This document shows, piece after piece, positions 59,844 to 64,000 of a DNA stretch of 64,000 bases. The DNA is from an uncultured Gammaproteobacteria bacterium (GTDB lineage: Bacteria; Patescibacteriota; Microgenomatia; 2-02-FULL-39-11), in contig CAZJBV010000004.1 in the NCBI GenBank assembly GCA_964544585.1, forward strand, positions 5,169-69,168. The letters run 5' to 3'. Within the stretch, counting starts at the first letter, position 1; each line of letters opens with the position of its first letter. The position numbers and the translations under genes are program-made. The notes beneath the pieces are model-generated. The model saw nothing but the letters and a program-made list of their open reading frames with translations, searched no databases and had not been told where the DNA came from.

Positions 59844-60950
59844 TTATCTCCCAAGATACCCCAGAGGATTTACAATTACTCCATTTATCCTCACCTCAAA
59901 ATGGATGTGGATTCCCGATGATCTTCCCGTCGCACCCATCTTACCGATTGCCTGACCTCTTAATACACCATTTCCACTTGAAACATACAATGCTTGCATA
60001 TGGGCATATAGTGTCTGCATTCCGTCTCCATGGTCAACAATTATGTGACATCCATAACCATAGCGAATACATCCCGAGTACACAACCGTCCCGCTTTCGG
60101 CAACAGCAATATCAGGAGCAGCATTATTCGCAATGTCAACTGCCATATGATATGAAACTGGATATTGCGTAATTTGTCCTGATGCCGGCCATAAAAGCCT
60201 TCCTCCCCCACCAGCAATAATCTTTGGTACCCGTTGAGCAATATAAACGGGGGCTGCCTCAGGAGCTACACCGTCAGGCACGATAAGGGTCTGCCCTACA
60301 GCTAAAGAAAATGTATCCAGGTCCGCAAAATCATTTGCCGGAAAATTGACTATTTTCTGTGCATCAGTTTTATAATATTTGGCTACAGAATAAATCGTAT
60401 CTCCCGGCTTTACCCTATGGACAATTCCCGTCACGGGCGGAACCCGAAGAATCTGACCAGTCACCAAACGATCAGATTTTAAGTTATTCGCCCACTTGAT
60501 CGTATCCACAGACACTCCAAATTTTTCCGCAATTGTTCCCAAGACATCTCCACCCTCAACTTCATATTCAAGAATTTCAAACCGTGGCTTATCAGATATT
60601 TGTGTTGCCGTTGACAGTTCCTGCGGTTGGTTGGAGACAAGATAAGATGAATCTGTTAAAGAAAGCGTCTCTTCCCGATTCACCGTAGGATAGTATTCTG
60701 CTACAACCGGCGCTCCCACAATTGCCCCCGTCACCAGAAAAAAAAGAGATAGATTAAGAAAGTGTTTTGAGTAGCGCCCCCTCTTGGCAATAAGAATATC
60801 AACCAAAACATCTTTAAAACGCTCAAAATGGGTAAAAAGAATAAGTACACGCTTTCTAAAGTAATTGTAAAGAAATCTTATCCAATCGGCCACATCATTT
60901 TTGAAAATGAAAAACCACTCAAAAGTGTCTTTCGAAATACTTATTTTCAT
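59844..60950 (-). CDS. LysM-domain M23 family peptidase
   Basis: Two LysM repeats (YEVEGGDVLGTIAEKFGV, HRVKPGDTIYSVA), HMAVD, YAH, HIHFEV. Confidence 0.92.
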   Translation of the reverse strand: MKISISKDTFEWFFIFKNDVADWIRFLYNYFRKRVLILFTHFERFKDVLVDILIAKRGRYSKHFLNLSLFFLVTGAIVGAPVVAEYYPTVNREETLSLTDSSYLVSNQPQELSTATQISDKPRFEILEYEVEGGDVLGTIAEKFGVSVDTIKWANNLKSDRLVTGQILRVPPVTGIVHRVKPGDTIYSVAKYYKTDAQKIVNFPANDFADLDTFSLAVGQTLIVPDGVAPEAAPVYIAQRVPKIIAGGGGRLLWPASGQITQYPVSYHMAVDIANNAAPDIAVAESGTVVYSGCIRYGYGCHIIVDHGDGMQTLYAHMQALYVSSGNGVLRGQAIGKMGATGRSSGIHIHFEVRINGVIVNPLGYLGR

Positions 60951-60967
60951 GGAGGAAAAAGTTTGTC

Positions 60968-62362
60968 CTATCCCTGACTAAGCGTTGCCAAAAAGTCTTT
61001 GTTGCTCTTCGTTTTAGAAAGCCTATCAATAAGGGCCATAGTTCTCTCCTGTCCTTCACCTAAGAGTGATAGCATGTGCCTTAAAGTCACAATCTTTTTT
61101 AGCGTTTCGGGAGTTAGTAAAAGTTCATCATGTCTCGTACCTGACTTTTCAATATCAATTGCCGGAAAAATTCTCTGCTCTTGTAAGAATCGGGAAAGAT
61201 GAAGCTCCATATTCCCCGTTCCCTTAAATTCTTCATAGATGAGGTCATCCATCCTGCTTCCCGTATCGACAAGAGCCGTACCTAAGATTGTCAACGATCC
61301 GCCTTTTTCACAATTTCGTGCCGCTCCCAAGAATCTTTTTGCTGGATACAATGCCGCCGGATCAAATCCGCCCGTCAACGTGCGTCCCGACGGAGTCACA
61401 GATAAATTATATGCCCGCGCCAGTCTTGTTATTGAATCAAGAAGAATGATTACATCTTTCTCCAATTCCACTAGTCTCTTTGCCCGATCCAATGCTACTT
61501 CGGCTACCCTTGTTTGCGCCTCCGGCGCCTCATCAAAATTTGAGGCAATCACCTCTCCTTTGACTGACCTGCTAATATCGGTTACTTCTTCCGGCCTCTC
61601 CCCAATCAAAACAGCCATCAAGTGGCTTTTAGGAAAATTTTCCGCAATCCCATGGGCAATCTCTTTAAGTATGGTCGTTTTTCCCGCCTTTGGAGGGGAA
61701 ACAATAAGTCCCCTCTGTCCAAAACCAATCGGAGAAATAAAATCAATTATCCTAGACGACAAAGGCTTTTGTTCCGTCTCAAGAGTAATTTGTTTATTTG
61801 GATATATAGGCGTCAGATCCTCAAACTTTGGCCTTTTTCCACTTTCATCAGCTGCCTTTCCATTCACCTTTTCTACTTTCAAAAGACCAAAATATCGTTC
61901 ATTATCTTTTGGTGGCCTAGCCTGACCGCTGACTTCGTCTCCGGGTCTAAGCGCGAACTTTCTTATCTGTGATTGCGATATATAAATATCTCCATCAGAA
62001 GGAATAAATTTCGGCCTTAAAAACCCGTGTCCCTCAGGCATCGTATCCAAAAACCCGCTTACACTCTGTGTCGGCGCATTTTGGGGATACCTTTCTTGCC
62101 CATTTTGATAGCCCTGATAGTAAGGAGTATACAGAGGAGTCCGAGGGGCAACCGGCTGACTGTATTCTCCCCCTCCCATCTGTTGTAAACCCGCACCCCT
62201 TGGCGGAGAATACGATGAAACAGGCGGAGGACTTGCAACTGGCGGAACTATTACTGGTGCCGATTGGGGTGGTATTTCGCCTCCGATGACATCATTGATA
62301 GTCAAACCAACATCTTTTGGCTTTATTTCCGGTTTCTTTACAATTCTAGAACGAATAGGCAT
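60968..62362 (-). CDS. rho: transcription termination factor Rho
   Basis: GFLR, DIYISQSQIR, PPKAGKT Walker A, ERPEEVTD, LDSITRLARAYN, EEFKGTGNMEL. Confidence 0.98.
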   Translation of the reverse strand: MPIRSRIVKKPEIKPKDVGLTINDVIGGEIPPQSAPVIVPPVASPPPVSSYSPPRGAGLQQMGGGEYSQPVAPRTPLYTPYYQGYQNGQERYPQNAPTQSVSGFLDTMPEGHGFLRPKFIPSDGDIYISQSQIRKFALRPGDEVSGQARPPKDNERYFGLLKVEKVNGKAADESGKRPKFEDLTPIYPNKQITLETEQKPLSSRIIDFISPIGFGQRGLIVSPPKAGKTTILKEIAHGIAENFPKSHLMAVLIGERPEEVTDISRSVKGEVIASNFDEAPEAQTRVAEVALDRAKRLVELEKDVIILLDSITRLARAYNLSVTPSGRTLTGGFDPAALYPAKRFLGAARNCEKGGSLTILGTALVDTGSRMDDLIYEEFKGTGNMELHLSRFLQEQRIFPAIDIEKSGTRHDELLLTPETLKKIVTLRHMLSLLGEGQERTMALIDRLSKTKSNKDFLATLSQG

Positions 62363-62460
62363 GAAAAATAAAAGTTAAGTTTTGGGAACAAATATTAGGG
62401 GATAATTTTCCCTATTTAATCATAAATGCTCTAATTTGTCAAGTTTACCCAATCCAAAAA

Positions 62461-62665
62461 GGACGCCCTTTAGAAGAGATGGTTCGCCTGAGATTTTTCC
62501 CCAAAGGGAAAAATGGGGAAGCTGCTCCGTCCGCCAATGACGGACTGGAGACTCCGCCTCTTTGGGACGCGAGATTACATTTATTGTATCTCTTTCGCCC
62601 TACCCATAAAATTGGTTGTAGAGGAAAAAACTCTCAGGCTTTTCGTCTCGTTCCAAAGGGCAGTC
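62461..62665 (-). ncRNA. ~200-nt rod-like structured RNA, 6S RNA candidate
   Basis: End-to-end stems GCCCTTTGGAA/TTCTAAAGGGC, GAGA/TCTC, GCCTGAGA/TCTCAGGC, TTTTTCCTC/GGGGAAAAA, then an internal bubble and apical hairpins; minus-strand TTGACA-17-TGCAAT upstream and a T-run downstream. Confidence 0.55.
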
Positions 62666-62709
62666 TTATTGCACCACATTCAAATAGATTTGTCAATTGT
62701 CTAATTTAT

Positions 62710-62738
62710 TTGACAATAAAGGATATATTTGTCAGAAT
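62710..62738 (+). promoter_or_regulatory. sigma70 promoter
   Basis: TTGACA-17-CAGAAT, 11 nt before ATG 62750. Confidence 0.55.
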
Positions 62739-62749
62739 GAGATAAACTA

Positions 62750-63166
62750 ATGGACAAGAAATTTATCATTCTCTCAAGCATTTTCTTTCTCCTGTTCATT
62801 TTTGGCATTGGGACTCTTATAGTCGAAAGACCAGTTTCTCAGTTTTTACGCGCCCAAACAGCGGAAGTTTCTCCTACAAAATCATTCTTTACCGCAGTCC
62901 CCCAAGTAGGAAATTCCGATATAAAAGTAGATGTCTATATTCGTGATCAGGACGGGAATGTCATGCCCGGAAAAACGGTCAAACTTTCAACCGATCTTTC
63001 ATCCGTTACTATCGAGCCCTCCGATTCTCAAAATACCGATAACCTAGGGAAAGCATCATTTAGCTTAAAATCAGATAGTCCCGGCACAGCCAATCTTACA
63101 GTCGTAGAAACTACAAGTAATGTTACCCTCACCCAAAAACTATCCGTCGAGTTCACCAATCAATAA
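62750..63166 (+). CDS. membrane-anchored bacterial Ig-like (Big_1-type) domain protein
   Basis: N-terminal TM, V.IRD.DGN..PG..V, TD..G.A.F.L.S..PG.A.L. Confidence 0.75.
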   Translation: MDKKFIILSSIFFLLFIFGIGTLIVERPVSQFLRAQTAEVSPTKSFFTAVPQVGNSDIKVDVYIRDQDGNVMPGKTVKLSTDLSSVTIEPSDSQNTDNLGKASFSLKSDSPGTANLTVVETTSNVTLTQKLSVEFTNQ

Positions 63167-63175
63167 GATAAATAA

Positions 63176-64000
63176 ATGAAATCCCAGGAAATTGCTATTA
63201 TTGGTGCAGGATTTACTGGTCTGACCACCGCATATGAATTATCAAAAAAAGGCATACCCGTGACCATATTTGAAAAAGAGAGTAGTCCCGGAGGTTTAGC
63301 CGTAGGTTTCAATCTCCCCGACTCTCTTTGGACAATCGAAAAGCATTATCACCACATTTTTACCAATGATACTTTTATTATTAATCTTGCCAAAGAAATT
63401 GGTATGGAAAAAGATATTATTTTCCCCCACTCCGAAACCTCTCTCTACATCAATGGTCAAATTTTTCCCTTCAATACTCCAAAAGACATCCTCTCATTTC
63501 CTCCTCTACACTTTCCCGATAGGTTTCGGCTTGGAGCTGCCTCTATATTTCTAAAAATGATACCCCCAGAAGTTGCCATAAATTTTGAGAAATACACATC
63601 TAGCGCTTTTACCAATATGCTCTTTGGCAAAAATATAAATCGCCTCATTTGGGACCCCCTTTTAAGCGGTAAATTTTCAGTATATAAAGATGTGGTAAAT
63701 GCAGCTTGGTTTTGGGCCAGAATCAAAAAACGCACCCTAACTCTTGGCTACATTGCCGGCGGCTTCCAGACTCTCGCCGAAAATCTTGCTCAAAAAATAC
63801 AAAAGCAAGGTGGAAAAATATTATATAAAACTCCATTCTCAAAAGAATTAATCAACCAATATGATAAAATTATTGTTACGACCCCTACGTTTGGTTTTCT
63901 TAAACTATTTCCCCATCTGCCCCAAAAATATAGACAAAATCTCGAGTCCATCCCTCACCTTCATGCCCTCAATCTTTTTCTTATCCTAAAAGACCAATTT
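63176..64000 (+). CDS. FAD-dependent oxidoreductase (amine oxidase/protoporphyrinogen oxidase-like), partial
   Basis: Manual translation MKSQEIAIIGAGFTGLTTAYEL...FEK....GGLA...EKHYHHIF...W.PLL.GKF...GGFQTL; open to the window edge. Confidence 0.85.
   Translation, partial: MKSQEIAIIGAGFTGLTTAYELSKKGIPVTIFEKESSPGGLAVGFNLPDSLWTIEKHYHHIFTNDTFIINLAKEIGMEKDIIFPHSETSLYINGQIFPFNTPKDILSFPPLHFPDRFRLGAASIFLKMIPPEVAINFEKYTSSAFTNMLFGKNINRLIWDPLLSGKFSVYKDVVNAAWFWARIKKRTLTLGYIAGGFQTLAENLAQKIQKQGGKILYKTPFSKELINQYDKIIVTTPTFGFLKLFPHLPQKYRQNLESIPHLHALNLFLILKDQF

Noticed and set aside
59662-59955. 97-aa ORF containing PACRQAG
   Set aside because: It overlaps a tRNA, the palindrome and the M23 gene end; the peptide is just the translated palindrome.
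61239-61925. 228-aa ORF antisense to rho
   Set aside because: Typical antisense open frame of a conserved gene, with no independent coding signal.
62479-62745. 88-aa and 63-aa ORFs, and glycine-riboswitch (AAACTCTCAGG) or SRP (AGCAGC) look-alike motifs
   Set aside because: The region is better explained by long-range base pairing; the other conserved elements of those RNAs (GGAGA/CCGAAG, GNRA-capped helix 8) are not in the required arrangement.

Overview
AT-rich, very gene-dense bacterial window. Gene content and style (leaderless genes, overlapping ORFs) suggest Patescibacteria/CPR, probably Microgenomates, but this is inference only. About 59 kb (513-59012) is one surface-glycosylation island. 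It holds about 20 polytopic GT-C-type membrane glycosyltransferase candidates, seven of which form a paralogous ~530-aa family with an STT3/AglB-like C-terminal domain. It also holds five GT2 polyprenyl-phosphate sugar synthase-like enzymes, one GT4, three DegT aminotransferases, five SDR epimerases/dehydratases, two GNATs, two methyltransferases, a TPP-dependent E1 alpha/beta pair, GmhA and a reversed-order HldE-like enzyme. Four type II toxin-antitoxin modules interrupt it. The right end has a zinc-ribbon gene with a structured leader, two divergent tRNA-Ala genes, a LysM-M23 peptidase, rho with a low-complexity N-terminus, a ~200-nt 6S-like structured RNA, an Ig-like protein and a partial FAD oxidoreductase. 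Small-scale structure includes a perfect 20-bp palindrome inserted cleanly at two unrelated hairpin sites, a ~170-bp nested hairpin element, a duplicated tRNA 3' end, and a family of related heptamer tandem repeats inside coding sequences. All calls come from visual motif recognition; no searches were run.
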